From an uncultured Gemmatimonadales bacterium (GTDB taxonomy: Bacteria > Gemmatimonadota > Gemmatimonadetes > Longimicrobiales > RSA9): DNA of 64,000 nt. Within the stretch, counting starts at the first letter, position 1. The number at the start of each line of letters is the position of its first letter. The notes below the pieces were generated by a model. That model did no database searches and was not told the origin of the DNA. It saw only the letters and a list, made by a program, of their open reading frames with translations. The position numbers were made by a program, and so were the translations under genes. This document shows, piece after piece, positions 36,265 through 45,299 of this stretch. The stretch covers positions 1,184,001 through 1,248,000 of the forward strand of contig CAVUKA010000001.1 of assembly GCA_963741945.1 (NCBI GenBank), in the 5' to 3' direction.

Positions 36265-37613
36265 GTGCCACCCCCGTCCGAGCCGGTCGAGGCTGGCGAC
36301 GCCGTGACCCCGCCCGCGTCCACACCGCTCCCGTTCACCAGTCCCATCTCCCTCGCCCGCTCCACCAGCCGCCTCGCCCGCAGCACCACCGGCGGATCGA
36401 TCATCTTGCTGCCCAGGCTCACCACACCCAGCCCGCGCGCTTCCGCTGCCTCGAACGCCGCCACGATCTTCAGCGCTCTCTCCAGTTCCGCGGCCGTCGG
36501 CGCGAAGCCCGCGTGGATCACCCGGATCTGGCGCGGATGGACGCACCCCATCCCGATGAAGCCCATGGCGTGCGACGCCCGGGCCCACTCGAGCAGCCCC
36601 TCCACGTCCGCCACATCACCGTAGACCGAGTCGATGGCCTGCACGCCGGCCGCCCGCGCCGCGTTCGCCAGCCGCTCCCGCGCCCACAGCGTCTCGGCCC
36701 CCTGCTTCGTCTTGGCCACGCCCATGTCGGCGGTGTAGTCCTCCAGCCCGATGGTCAGCGCCGCTACCATTCCGGACGCGCGCGCAATGGCGAACGCGTT
36801 CTCGATCCCGAGCGCCGACTCCAGGATCGGCATGAGCCAGACCGGCCGCTCGTCGTGCGACGGCAGCGCCGCCGACATCCGGATGGCCGCGATCCGGTCG
36901 GCGACTTCCACCACCTGCGCCGCCTCCTCCACCTTGGGGATCAGCACCAGGTTCGGGAGCTCGGGCACGATGGCATCGAGGTCCTCCAGCCCCAGCGGCA
37001 GCTGGTTGATCCGCACCATCCGCTCGGCCGGGCCGAAGTCCACGCAGCGGAGGGCGTTCCGCACCAGAAGCCTCGCCGCCGCCTTCGCGTCCCGATGGAC
37101 GGAGTCCTCGAGGTCCAGGATCACGCCATCCGGACCGTGGAGCCCCGCGTTCAGCATGAACTTGGGCTCGTTCCCCGGCAGGTAGAGACGCGACCGGCGG
37201 AGCCGGTCCTTCGCCGTGCGACTGCCACGCGTGGCCGGGGCGGCGCCGTCGGCGCACGGGATCGCCGCCGCGGCGTCGTTCGCCACCAGCCCGGCTGCGC
37301 GGGCGGCGGCCTCGACGCGGGCCGCAATGACCCACGGCACCGCACCCTTGTCGTTCACCGACACGCGGGCGGCTGCCACGCCGAGCAGCGCAAGGGTGTC
37401 GAGGACCGTGGCGCGGATGGCGTCGCCGAAAAGCGACTCCACCCTCGACGTCAGTGACAGCTCGATCCCATCACCGCCCACCTCCACCGCGACGTGCAGG
37501 TCGGAGCGGACGTCATCGCCCGCTCGACCCGCCTCACCCCGGGGCGTGGCGGCCGCGACCGCCGTTGCGCCGCCTCCCTCTCCCGATGGTGTCGCGCCCG
37601 CCTGATCGCTCAT
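36261..37613 (-). CDS. citE: Fusion of citrate lyase ACP (CitD-like) and beta subunit (CitE, citryl-CoA lyase-like)
   Basis: N-terminal RSDLHV...SRVESLFGDAIR...NDKGA...IAARVEAA (CitD-like); RRSRLYLPGN, LDLEDSV, IPKVE, ILESALG, HPRQI, MIDPPV (CitE). Confidence 0.88.
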   Translation of the reverse strand: MSDQAGATPSGEGGGATAVAAATPRGEAGRAGDDVRSDLHVAVEVGGDGIELSLTSRVESLFGDAIRATVLDTLALLGVAAARVSVNDKGAVPWVIAARVEAAARAAGLVANDAAAAIPCADGAAPATRGSRTAKDRLRRSRLYLPGNEPKFMLNAGLHGPDGVILDLEDSVHRDAKAAARLLVRNALRCVDFGPAERMVRINQLPLGLEDLDAIVPELPNLVLIPKVEEAAQVVEVADRIAAIRMSAALPSHDERPVWLMPILESALGIENAFAIARASGMVAALTIGLEDYTADMGVAKTKQGAETLWARERLANAARAAGVQAIDSVYGDVADVEGLLEWARASHAMGFIGMGCVHPRQIRVIHAGFAPTAAELERALKIVAAFEAAEARGLGVVSLGSKMIDPPVVLRARRLVERAREMGLVNGSGVDAGGVTASPASTGSDGGGT

Positions 37614-38824
37614 CCCGACCGCCCGCCCGCGGCCACGGGCGAGGCCAGCGCCGCGAGGATCGCGTCCGTCACTTCCGTGGTGCTGTCCGCGCCCTGCGCG
37701 ATGGCGTCCGGTCCGCCGGAGATCCGCATCATGTCATAGCTGCGCACTTTCCCATCCTGCACCACGGCCGCCACGGCGGTGCGCACCTGCTCGGCCTTGC
37801 CGGTCTCGCCCACGTGGTCCAGGAGCATCGCCGCGCTCAGGATCATGGCGATCGGGTTCACGATGGGCGGGTCGAGGCTCTCGTATTTCGGAGCCGAGCC
37901 GTGCGTGGGCTCGAAGACCGCTACCTCGTCCCCGATGTTCCCGGAGCAGGCGAAGCCGAGACCGCCGACCAGCCCGGCGAAACCGTCGCTCACGATGTCG
38001 CCGAACATGTTCCCGGCCACGATCACCCCGTAGTCCTCGGGGTTCTTCGTCAGCCACATCATCTGGGCATCGATGTTCGTGGACCAGAGTTGGATGTCGG
38101 GGAAGTCCTCGTGCGCCTTCTTCGCTTCCTCCTCCATCATGCCGCTGGTCTCGCGCAGCACGTTCGGCTTCTCGCACACCGTCACGCTCTCGTAGCCATG
38201 CTTCAGCGCATACTCGAACGCCGCCCTCGTGATGCGGGCGCACGCGCGGCGGGTGAAGATGCGAGTCGAGATCGCCAGGTCGTGCGAGGGCGTATCGGCG
38301 AAGCGGTCGAACTTCGGGTGCGTGCCCAGCGCATCCCGCACCGCCTTCGGCGGGTTCGTCCACTCCACGCCCGCGTACAGACCTTCCGTGTTCTGCCGGA
38401 AGATCACCGCGTCCACCACCGGCTCGTCCATGCCGCCATCCATGCCCCGCCGGACGAAGTTCAGCGGGTTGCCCGGGAACGACCGGCAGGGGCGGATGCA
38501 GAGGTCGAGGTCGAAGCGCTGACGCAGCCCCACGATCGGGCTGAAGTACACGTAGCCCTGGTCCTTCAGCTCTCGCTTCAGCTCCCGCGCCGCCGCCGTC
38601 TTCGGCTTCGACGTGATGGCGCCGAACAGGCCGAGCTTGTGCTCCGCCAGCAACTCCACCGTCCGCTCCGGCAGCGCGTTCCCCTCGTTGACCCAGAACT
38701 CCCATCCGATGTCCGCTTGGATGTATTCCGCGTCGAAACCCACCGCTTCCAGAACGCGCAGCGCTTCCGGCAGGACCACTTTGCCGATGCCGTCGCCCGG
38801 CATCGTCACGACCGTGTGCTTCAT
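37610..38824 (-). CDS. Isocitrate/isopropylmalate dehydrogenase family, homoisocitrate-dehydrogenase-like
   Basis: PGDGIG, LFGAITS, YFSPIVGLRQ, RQNTEGLY, KPNVL, NMFGDIVSD, FEPTHGSAP, NPIAMILS. Confidence 0.85.
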   Translation of the reverse strand: MKHTVVTMPGDGIGKVVLPEALRVLEAVGFDAEYIQADIGWEFWVNEGNALPERTVELLAEHKLGLFGAITSKPKTAAARELKRELKDQGYVYFSPIVGLRQRFDLDLCIRPCRSFPGNPLNFVRRGMDGGMDEPVVDAVIFRQNTEGLYAGVEWTNPPKAVRDALGTHPKFDRFADTPSHDLAISTRIFTRRACARITRAAFEYALKHGYESVTVCEKPNVLRETSGMMEEEAKKAHEDFPDIQLWSTNIDAQMMWLTKNPEDYGVIVAGNMFGDIVSDGFAGLVGGLGFACSGNIGDEVAVFEPTHGSAPKYESLDPPIVNPIAMILSAAMLLDHVGETGKAEQVRTAVAAVVQDGKVRSYDMMRISGGPDAIAQGADSTTEVTDAILAALASPVAAGGRSG

Positions 38825-38852
38825 GCTCCTCCTATCGGCTCTCGAATCCCAC

Positions 38853-40802
38853 TCAAGCGTGAACGGTTATCCCCAGCGTCGCCCGTACCTTCGCCTCCGC
38901 CCCCCCGGCCACCACCAGGCTCTGCGGCACTCGCCCGAGCGCGGGAAAGCGGTACGTCTCTTCCCGCCACTCGATGGTGCCCCGGCGGAAATTCACCATG
39001 ATCTCCTCGCCCGGGATGATCGTGGGCTCACCCGCGGCCACCTGTGCCGCGAGCGCCTTCTCCACCGCGTGCACCAGCCCCGGGCATTCGACGCAGATGA
39101 ACCCGTTGTTGAACGCGTTCCGCTGGTACGTCTGCGACAGGCTCTCGGCGATCACCAGCGCGATCCCCTTGGCCTGCAGCGCCGTGGCCGCCTGCTCCCG
39201 GCTGGAGCCCGTGCCGAAGTTGCGCGTGCCCACCAGGATGTCGCCCGCGGCCGTGCGCCCCGCGAACTCGGGGTCGTAGTTGGCCATGACCACGGCCGCC
39301 ATCTCGGACGGCGAACGGTCCCGGTACGTGTGCTCCTTGCCGTAGATGCCGTCCGTATTCAGGTTCTCCTGCGGCACGAACACGAGCCGCCCCGTGACCT
39401 GCGCGGGGAAGCCGGGGAGGATCTCGACCGAGTCGTCGGCATCATCCAGGCGATCGAGGGCGCGGAAATCGTACGGCGGAACCCCGGCCGCCACGCGCCC
39501 GTCCTTGATGCGCCCGGCCAGCGCCGAGGCCGCCACCACGGCCGGACTGGCCAGGTAGACGCGCGCATCGCGGGAGCCCATGCGCCCCTTGAAGTTGCGG
39601 TTCGTCGCCGAGATCCCGACTTCCCCGTCCTGCAGCAGCCCCTCACCCAGCCCGATGCACGGGCCGCAGCCGGGCGGCAGCACTCTGGCGCCGGCATCCA
39701 GCAGCGCTCCCCACGCACCGCTCGCCTCCGCCTTCTCCTGGATCTCCCGGCTCGCCGCAGCCACGTAGAACGACACCCGGGGCGACACACGCTGCCCCCG
39801 GACCACCTCCGCGGCCGCTTCCAGGTCCTCCAGCCTGCCGTTCACACACGACAGGAGGTAGGCCCTGTCGATCTCGATCCCCTCCCCTTCCACCTCCCCC
39901 ACCGGGCGCCCCGTCTGCACCGTGTCGGGCCCGGTCAGGAACGGGCTCACCTTCCCCACGTCCACGATGATGCGGCCCACGTAGCGCGCATCCGAATCGG
40001 GCCGCGGCGGGGCAGCGCTCCAGGCGAAGAGCTGCGCGTCCGTGATCCTGTGGTGGTCGGCGGCCTCCAGCCTCGCCTTCCGCTCCTGCAGGAACTGGAT
40101 CGTGCGCGCGTCCACGGGGAACCACCCGGCCAGCGCGCCCCACTCCGTGGTCATGTTGGCGATGGTCATGCGGGCGGCCATGTCCAGCGAGGCCACGCCC
40201 GGCCCGGCGAACTCCACCACCCGGTTCAGCACTTCGCCGCTCGAGTAGAGCGAGCAGAGCGTGAGGATCACGTCCTTCCCGCTGACCCCCGGGCGCAGCT
40301 GTCCTTCCAGCACCACCTGGACGGTTCCCGGCACCTGCCACCAGAACTCGCCCGTGGCCCAGATCACCGCCGCATCCGTCCGCACGACGGGCGTGCCCAG
40401 GGCCCCGACAGCGCCATAGGTGTTGGCGTGCGAATCGGAGGCGACCACCAGCGTGCCCGGGAGCGCATACCCGCGCTCGATGATGATCTGGTGACCGATC
40501 CCCGTCCCCGCGGGGTGGAAATCCAGCCCGTGCTCCCGCGCGAACGTCCGGATCCGGGTGTACTTCTCGAGGTTCTCGGGCGAGCGGTTCTGGATCTCGT
40601 GGTCCAGCACGATCACCGGCTGCCGCGGGTCGTGGATGCGATCCACGCCGATGGCCCTGAACTTCGACATCACCGCCGCGGTGTTGTCGTGGGTCAATAT
40701 GTGCCGCGGCCGGAGGGACACCATGTCCCCCGGCCGGAGCGGTCGATCGGGCCCATCGACCATGTGGGCCCGTGCGATCTTCTCCACCATCGTCGCGCCC
40801 AT
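38853..40802 (-). CDS. lysF: Single-chain homoaconitase-like [4Fe-4S] hydro-lyase
   Basis: THDNT, LDH, GIGHQ, ASDSH, RTDAA.IWATG..WWQVP, SCVNGR, CGPCIGLG, SATNRNFKGRMGS, NTDGIY, NFGTGSSREQAA; swivel domain fused. Confidence 0.82.
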   Translation of the reverse strand: MGATMVEKIARAHMVDGPDRPLRPGDMVSLRPRHILTHDNTAAVMSKFRAIGVDRIHDPRQPVIVLDHEIQNRSPENLEKYTRIRTFAREHGLDFHPAGTGIGHQIIIERGYALPGTLVVASDSHANTYGAVGALGTPVVRTDAAVIWATGEFWWQVPGTVQVVLEGQLRPGVSGKDVILTLCSLYSSGEVLNRVVEFAGPGVASLDMAARMTIANMTTEWGALAGWFPVDARTIQFLQERKARLEAADHHRITDAQLFAWSAAPPRPDSDARYVGRIIVDVGKVSPFLTGPDTVQTGRPVGEVEGEGIEIDRAYLLSCVNGRLEDLEAAAEVVRGQRVSPRVSFYVAAASREIQEKAEASGAWGALLDAGARVLPPGCGPCIGLGEGLLQDGEVGISATNRNFKGRMGSRDARVYLASPAVVAASALAGRIKDGRVAAGVPPYDFRALDRLDDADDSVEILPGFPAQVTGRLVFVPQENLNTDGIYGKEHTYRDRSPSEMAAVVMANYDPEFAGRTAAGDILVGTRNFGTGSSREQAATALQAKGIALVIAESLSQTYQRNAFNNGFICVECPGLVHAVEKALAAQVAAGEPTIIPGEEIMVNFRRGTIEWREETYRFPALGRVPQSLVVAGGAEAKVRATLGITVHA

Positions 40803-40885
40803 CGATCCTCCTCGCCTCGACCCCTTCTCCGCCTGGGTCGCGGCTTGCTGGGATTGCCGAGCGGGCCCGCGCGGCCCGCCGGCGC

Positions 40886-42286
40886 CTACCGGTCCGCCCG
40901 TGTCAGCCGCATGAGCGCCGCTGCGCTCTCCTGCCGCTCCAGCGTCCACACGGCCTCTATCAGGCGGCGCTGGGCGTCCCGCGTCATCACGGGCTCCGCC
41001 AGCGCCGCGAACTTCTCCTCCACCTCACCATCCGTCAGCGGGTTCCGCGGATCGCCCTTCGGGTAGTCCAACTGCTTCGTCAGCTCGCGGCCATCCGTGG
41101 TCCGGACGGTCACATGCACCCGCTGCAGCGCCGGGAACACCGCCTCGATCTCCGCGTCCCCCACCACTTCCACCTTCTCCAGCTGCGCCCGGACCTCCGG
41201 GTCCATGATGCGCGCTTCCTCGAACTGCCGCGGCGTCACCTGCCGGTCCACGATGGCCGCCGCGATCACGTAGGGCAGGCTGTGGTCCGCCGTCTCCTTC
41301 GTGCGCGGATCGTACTTGCTCGCGTCCGCCAGGATGTCCGCCGCCCGGGCCAGTGACCGGATCCGGACCTTCTCGATCTCAGCCGGCTTCAGGTCGTGCT
41401 CGAGCACCACGTCCAGCACGGCCGAGATCGGCGCGTGCGTCAGCGCTTCCGTCGGGAACGCCTTCATCCCGCACCGCTCGATCCGCCAACTCTCGCCGAG
41501 CCCCTCCGTCAGCACCTCCAGCTTCCACTCGGGGCCCATCACGTGGACCAGCCCCTCCTTCCCTTCCACCACCCCCTCCGGACCCGTGTACCCACGCTCC
41601 GCCAGCAGCGCAGCCATCACCCCCGCCTGAGTCGCCATCGGGTCCGCCGTGTTCTTCATCATCGACAGCTTCCCCGCCACCACCCCGCCCACCGTGGCGT
41701 GGCTCGATCCGCTGATCCCGATCGCGTGCCGGATCTGCTCCGCGTCCAGCCCCGCCAGCCGCCCCGCCACGACCGGCGACACGAACGCCGTCAGCGTGGC
41801 ATGGTGCCAGCCCCGCTCCCGGATCCCCGGGAACGCCGCTTCGCAGAAGCGCATCTCCAGCTCGTGCCCCAGCACGATCCCCAGGATGACGTCCCGGCCC
41901 CCCAGCCCCTGCCGCTCCGCCATCGCCAGCGCCGCCGGGATCAGGTCCGACGGATGCGACGGGTCCTGCTGCCAGTAGATGTCGTTGTAGTCCATCACCC
42001 GGACCATCAGCGCGTTCGCCAGCGACGCCGACACCACGTCCATGCGACGCCCGCTCCCCACCACCGTGGCCGGCCCCTCCCCCGCCACTTCGTCCAGAAC
42101 CTGGAGCGCGATCTTCACGTCGTGCTGACCGTACCCGCCCAGCGCGCAGCCCAGCGAGTCCAGCAGGTAGCGCTTCGCCTCGTGAACGGCCCGCGGGCCC
42201 AGCTCGTCGAACGAGAGATCGGCTGCCCAGCGGGCGAGCTGCGCGCTCACGGTCCCGACGGGTGGGGAAGAAACGGTCGTCGCCAT
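40886..42286 (-). CDS. MmgE/PrpD family dehydratase
   Basis: LLDSLGCALGG, RVMDYND, SHPSD, GWHH, LSMMK, KETADHSLPY, PKGDPRNP. Confidence 0.9.
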   Translation of the reverse strand: MATTVSSPPVGTVSAQLARWAADLSFDELGPRAVHEAKRYLLDSLGCALGGYGQHDVKIALQVLDEVAGEGPATVVGSGRRMDVVSASLANALMVRVMDYNDIYWQQDPSHPSDLIPAALAMAERQGLGGRDVILGIVLGHELEMRFCEAAFPGIRERGWHHATLTAFVSPVVAGRLAGLDAEQIRHAIGISGSSHATVGGVVAGKLSMMKNTADPMATQAGVMAALLAERGYTGPEGVVEGKEGLVHVMGPEWKLEVLTEGLGESWRIERCGMKAFPTEALTHAPISAVLDVVLEHDLKPAEIEKVRIRSLARAADILADASKYDPRTKETADHSLPYVIAAAIVDRQVTPRQFEEARIMDPEVRAQLEKVEVVGDAEIEAVFPALQRVHVTVRTTDGRELTKQLDYPKGDPRNPLTDGEVEEKFAALAEPVMTRDAQRRLIEAVWTLERQESAAALMRLTRADR

Positions 42287-42457
42287 GCGGCCTCCGGGGG
42301 GGTCAGGGTCGGTCCTCTCGCGAAGCTATGACACCGCCCCCCGCGGGGCTGTGGGGAATCCCTTGAAATCGTGGCGGGTGCGGGACGACGAAAACGCATG
42401 CAGGGAAGGAGGGATTCCCTTACAGACCGCTCCCCCGCCTCCCCCGCCCTGCCCCTC

Positions 42458-43024
42458 CTAGCGAAACGGCAGGTACGCCATGAAGTCGGCGTGGTGCACG
42501 ATGATCGCCTCGGTGCTCCGCTTGACGAGGTCGCCCTCGCCGGCGTGCGCGGCGATGATGTGGCACACGGCATCCGGCACGCCCGCCTCCAGGGCGAGGG
42601 CGACGCCGGTGAAGGGGTGGCGGAGCGCCCGGCCGCGAGCGCTCTGCCGGGTGTCGTCGCCTGCCTTCTCGTACTCCAGCAGCTTGCCGACATCGGCCAG
42701 GATCGCGCCGGCGATGACCGTGTCCCGGTCGATTTCGAGCGCGTGGCCCATGAAATCCGTCATCGCTCGCGCGCCATCGCGGGCGATGTGGACCACGCAC
42801 CGCTTGTGCTGCATGAACGTGGCGCGGCAGTCCTTTACCAGGAGGGTGAACGGGATCCGCTCCAGGTCGCCCGCCGTGAGCGGGCTCCGCTCCAGCGCCA
42901 GCTCCCACGTGCGTGCGACGCGCTCCCTCAGCTCGCGATCCTCGATCCACGCCAGCTCCGGCCACAGCCGCTCCACGTCCGACCGCAGCGCTTCGCCCGC
43001 CGATCCCGTCATCGTGTCCGTCAT
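42458..43024 (-). CDS. HD/HDIG-domain protein with AD in place of HD
   Basis: IPFTLL, MQHKR, AGAILADVGKLLEY, LRHPFTG, HIIAAH, HHADF. Confidence 0.8.
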   Translation of the reverse strand: MTDTMTGSAGEALRSDVERLWPELAWIEDRELRERVARTWELALERSPLTAGDLERIPFTLLVKDCRATFMQHKRCVVHIARDGARAMTDFMGHALEIDRDTVIAGAILADVGKLLEYEKAGDDTRQSARGRALRHPFTGVALALEAGVPDAVCHIIAAHAGEGDLVKRSTEAIIVHHADFMAYLPFR

Positions 43025-43150
43025 GATCCCGGTCTTCCTGTTCGTATCCGCCCGCTCCGGGGCGTCTCGTTGGCGGGGGCTCGCCGGCAGAAGGCATACA
43101 TCCCCGGCCGGCCCCGGGCAACTCGCGGGCGACGCCGAAGGGCCCCGGGG

Positions 43151-44068
43151 CTAGATGAAGAAGCGGTCCACGAGCATGAGGATCAGGAGGGCGGGCAGGT
43201 AGAGGATGGAGCCGAAGAAGAGGTGCCAGGCGCGCCGGTCGTCGCGTACCTGCCAGAGCCGGCCGCCGAGCACAACCATGGCGCCGCCCAGGACCAGTGC
43301 GCCGGCGCCATAGATCCAGTCGATGAGCCCGGTGCCGACCAGCACCATGCTGGAGACCAGAAGGAGCGCGGAGTAGAACGTGCTCTCGAGCCCGAGACGC
43401 CGCCCCTGCGGGTCCACCACGGTGAGCATGCGCATCCCGCCCCGTGCGTAGTCATCGCGGTAGACCCAGGCCAGGGCGTAGAAGTGCGGCATCTGCCAGA
43501 AGAAGACCACGCCCATGAGCGCCAGGGCGGCGAGGGTGATGGGGTGCCCGGCGGCCGTCCACCCCGCGAGAGTCGGGAGCGAGCCCGGCAGCGCGCCGAT
43601 CAGGGTGGCATGGTGGGTCCGTCGCTTGAGCGGCGTGTAGACCAGGATGTAGGTGATCAGGCTCGTCGCCACGAGCACGAGCGTCTCGAGGTTGACGAAC
43701 AGCCCGAGGTGCACCAGCCCGAGCACCGAAAGCAGGAGAGCCAGCGCCAGAGCCGTCCCCGGCGACACGCGGCCCGCCGGGAGCGGCCGCATGCGCGTCC
43801 GCTTCATGAACGCGTCCGTCTCCCGCTCCCACCACATGTTCAGCGCGTTCGCCCCCGCCGAGGCCAGCGCGGCGCCGAACACGGTGTTGAAGAGGCGCAG
43901 CAGCTCGAGGTCGCGCCCGGCCGCCATCAGGTATCCCGCCCCCGTGGTGAAAACGACGAGACGCGTGATCCCCGGCTTCGTCAGCTCGGCCAGGTCGCCG
44001 AACACGGTCCGGAAGCTCGTCGACCGCGTCCGCTCTCTACCCGTTGATGTCTCGGTGGTCGCAGGCAC
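43151..44068 (-). CDS. cyoE: Protoheme IX farnesyltransferase (heme o synthase)
   Basis: LTKPGI, NM..ERETDAFMKRT..RPLP, YTPLKR, FFWQMPHF, DDYARGG, FFGSILYL. Confidence 0.93.
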   Translation of the reverse strand: MPATTETSTGRERTRSTSFRTVFGDLAELTKPGITRLVVFTTGAGYLMAAGRDLELLRLFNTVFGAALASAGANALNMWWERETDAFMKRTRMRPLPAGRVSPGTALALALLLSVLGLVHLGLFVNLETLVLVATSLITYILVYTPLKRRTHHATLIGALPGSLPTLAGWTAAGHPITLAALALMGVVFFWQMPHFYALAWVYRDDYARGGMRMLTVVDPQGRRLGLESTFYSALLLVSSMVLVGTGLIDWIYGAGALVLGGAMVVLGGRLWQVRDDRRAWHLFFGSILYLPALLILMLVDRFFI

Positions 44069-44129
44069 GCCGCAAAGTAACGGGATGCGGGTGCGGCCGG
44101 GAGGCCGCCCCCCGCCCTCCCGCCCCCCG

Positions 44130-45234
44130 GCGGACCTGGTACCAAATTCCAGATAGTCCTCATCTGCTATCCTCCTGCCCCGCCACCACCGGCACCTTGC
44201 CGCCATGCCACGCACCCCTCGCCCGTACCTGCCCGGCGCAGTCTTCCACGTCACCGCGCGCACCCAGGGCCACATGCCCTGGTTTACGCCGGATGTCCGC
44301 GGCGCCATGGTGGCTCGCCTGACCTCATCCCTCGCCTCCTCGGACGGTCGTCTGCTCGCATACGCCGTCATGCCGAACCACCTGCATCTCGTTCTGCAGC
44401 AGGGGGATTGGCCACTCGGCCGTGTGCTTCAGCCAGCCCTCCGCAAGATCGCGCTACTGGTCCAGAGCCGGCATGGCGTCGAGGGTCACGTGTTCGAGCG
44501 ACGGTTCCGCGCCTCCCCCTGCCTCGACCCCGACTATGCTCGCAATGCGATCGTGTACACCAACCTCAACCCCGTGCGAGCGGGGCTGACGCCGGACGCC
44601 GTGGAGTATCCGTGGACGTCCCACCAGCGCTACGCGGACGCTACACCGGCGAGCTCGACAGCCGTCGACTGCCTCGCCGGACTGCGCCTGTTCGCGGCGT
44701 CGATTCGCGCCGGACCGCCGGCACTGCGGCGGAGCTACCTCCGGTACGTCGCATGGCGCCTCGAGTGCGACGCCATCCGGGGTGCGACCGGAGCTTCGGA
44801 CCACCACCGGCCACTTCCGCCTCTTCCGCCCCTGGTCCACGCGGCCGGGCGCTGGTCCGAGGCCTACGCGCCCCTGTTCTGCTCGCCTGCCCCGGATCCG
44901 GTCCGGCCAGCGCCACGCCCCGACCTCCGCGACATCGCGCGCCGGGTGCTGGCCTCCGCGCCCGAAACCGTGGATCTCGCGCGAGTGCGCAGCCGCAGCA
45001 AGGCAACCAATGTGGTCCGGATCCGTCGGGCCATGATCATCCGCATGGATGCCGCAGGGCACAGCAGGGGAGCCATCGCACACTATGCGAGGGTGAGCGT
45101 GCAGTGCGTCTCACACGTGTTGGTTACGGAGAGGACGCGACGAGGGCGGGATCTTCACAAGGAGTACCCGCAAGCATGACGGAGACCAGCGCGGGAGGCC
45201 CCTTCTAAGAATTTGGATTCGGTACCAGGTCCGC
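44130..45234 (+). mobile_element. RAYT-type HUH transposase unit bounded by 14-bp inverted repeats
   Basis: GCGGACCTGGTACC (44130-44143) and its exact reverse complement GGTACCAGGTCCGC (45221-45234) flank the transposase gene. Confidence 0.65.
44205..45179 (+). CDS. REP-associated tyrosine transposase (Y1 HUH) with C-terminal HTH
   Basis: MPR.PR...PGAVFHVTAR, YAVMPNHLHL (HUH), GHVFERRF, YTNLNPVRAG (catalytic Tyr), YPWTSH; C-terminal helix-turn-helix. Confidence 0.88.
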   Translation: MPRTPRPYLPGAVFHVTARTQGHMPWFTPDVRGAMVARLTSSLASSDGRLLAYAVMPNHLHLVLQQGDWPLGRVLQPALRKIALLVQSRHGVEGHVFERRFRASPCLDPDYARNAIVYTNLNPVRAGLTPDAVEYPWTSHQRYADATPASSTAVDCLAGLRLFAASIRAGPPALRRSYLRYVAWRLECDAIRGATGASDHHRPLPPLPPLVHAAGRWSEAYAPLFCSPAPDPVRPAPRPDLRDIARRVLASAPETVDLARVRSRSKATNVVRIRRAMIIRMDAAGHSRGAIAHYARVSVQCVSHVLVTERTRRGRDLHKEYPQA

Positions 45235-45266
45235 AAAAAACCGGCGCCGAGCTGGCTCGGCGCCGG
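45235..45266 (-). terminator. Intrinsic terminator of the pnt operon
   Basis: 11-bp perfect stem CCGGCGCCGAG/CTCGGCGCCGG followed by T6 on the minus strand. Confidence 0.85.
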
Positions 45267-45299
45267 GTCCCTGCCCTGCACCGGCACACCCCGCCGCGT

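Noticed and set aside
34651-42286. Ordinary methylcitrate cycle, citrate fermentation or leucine operon
   Set aside because: No prpB/prpC, no citC/citG/citX or citrate carrier, no leuA; aconitase and DH motifs are not LeuC/LeuB-like
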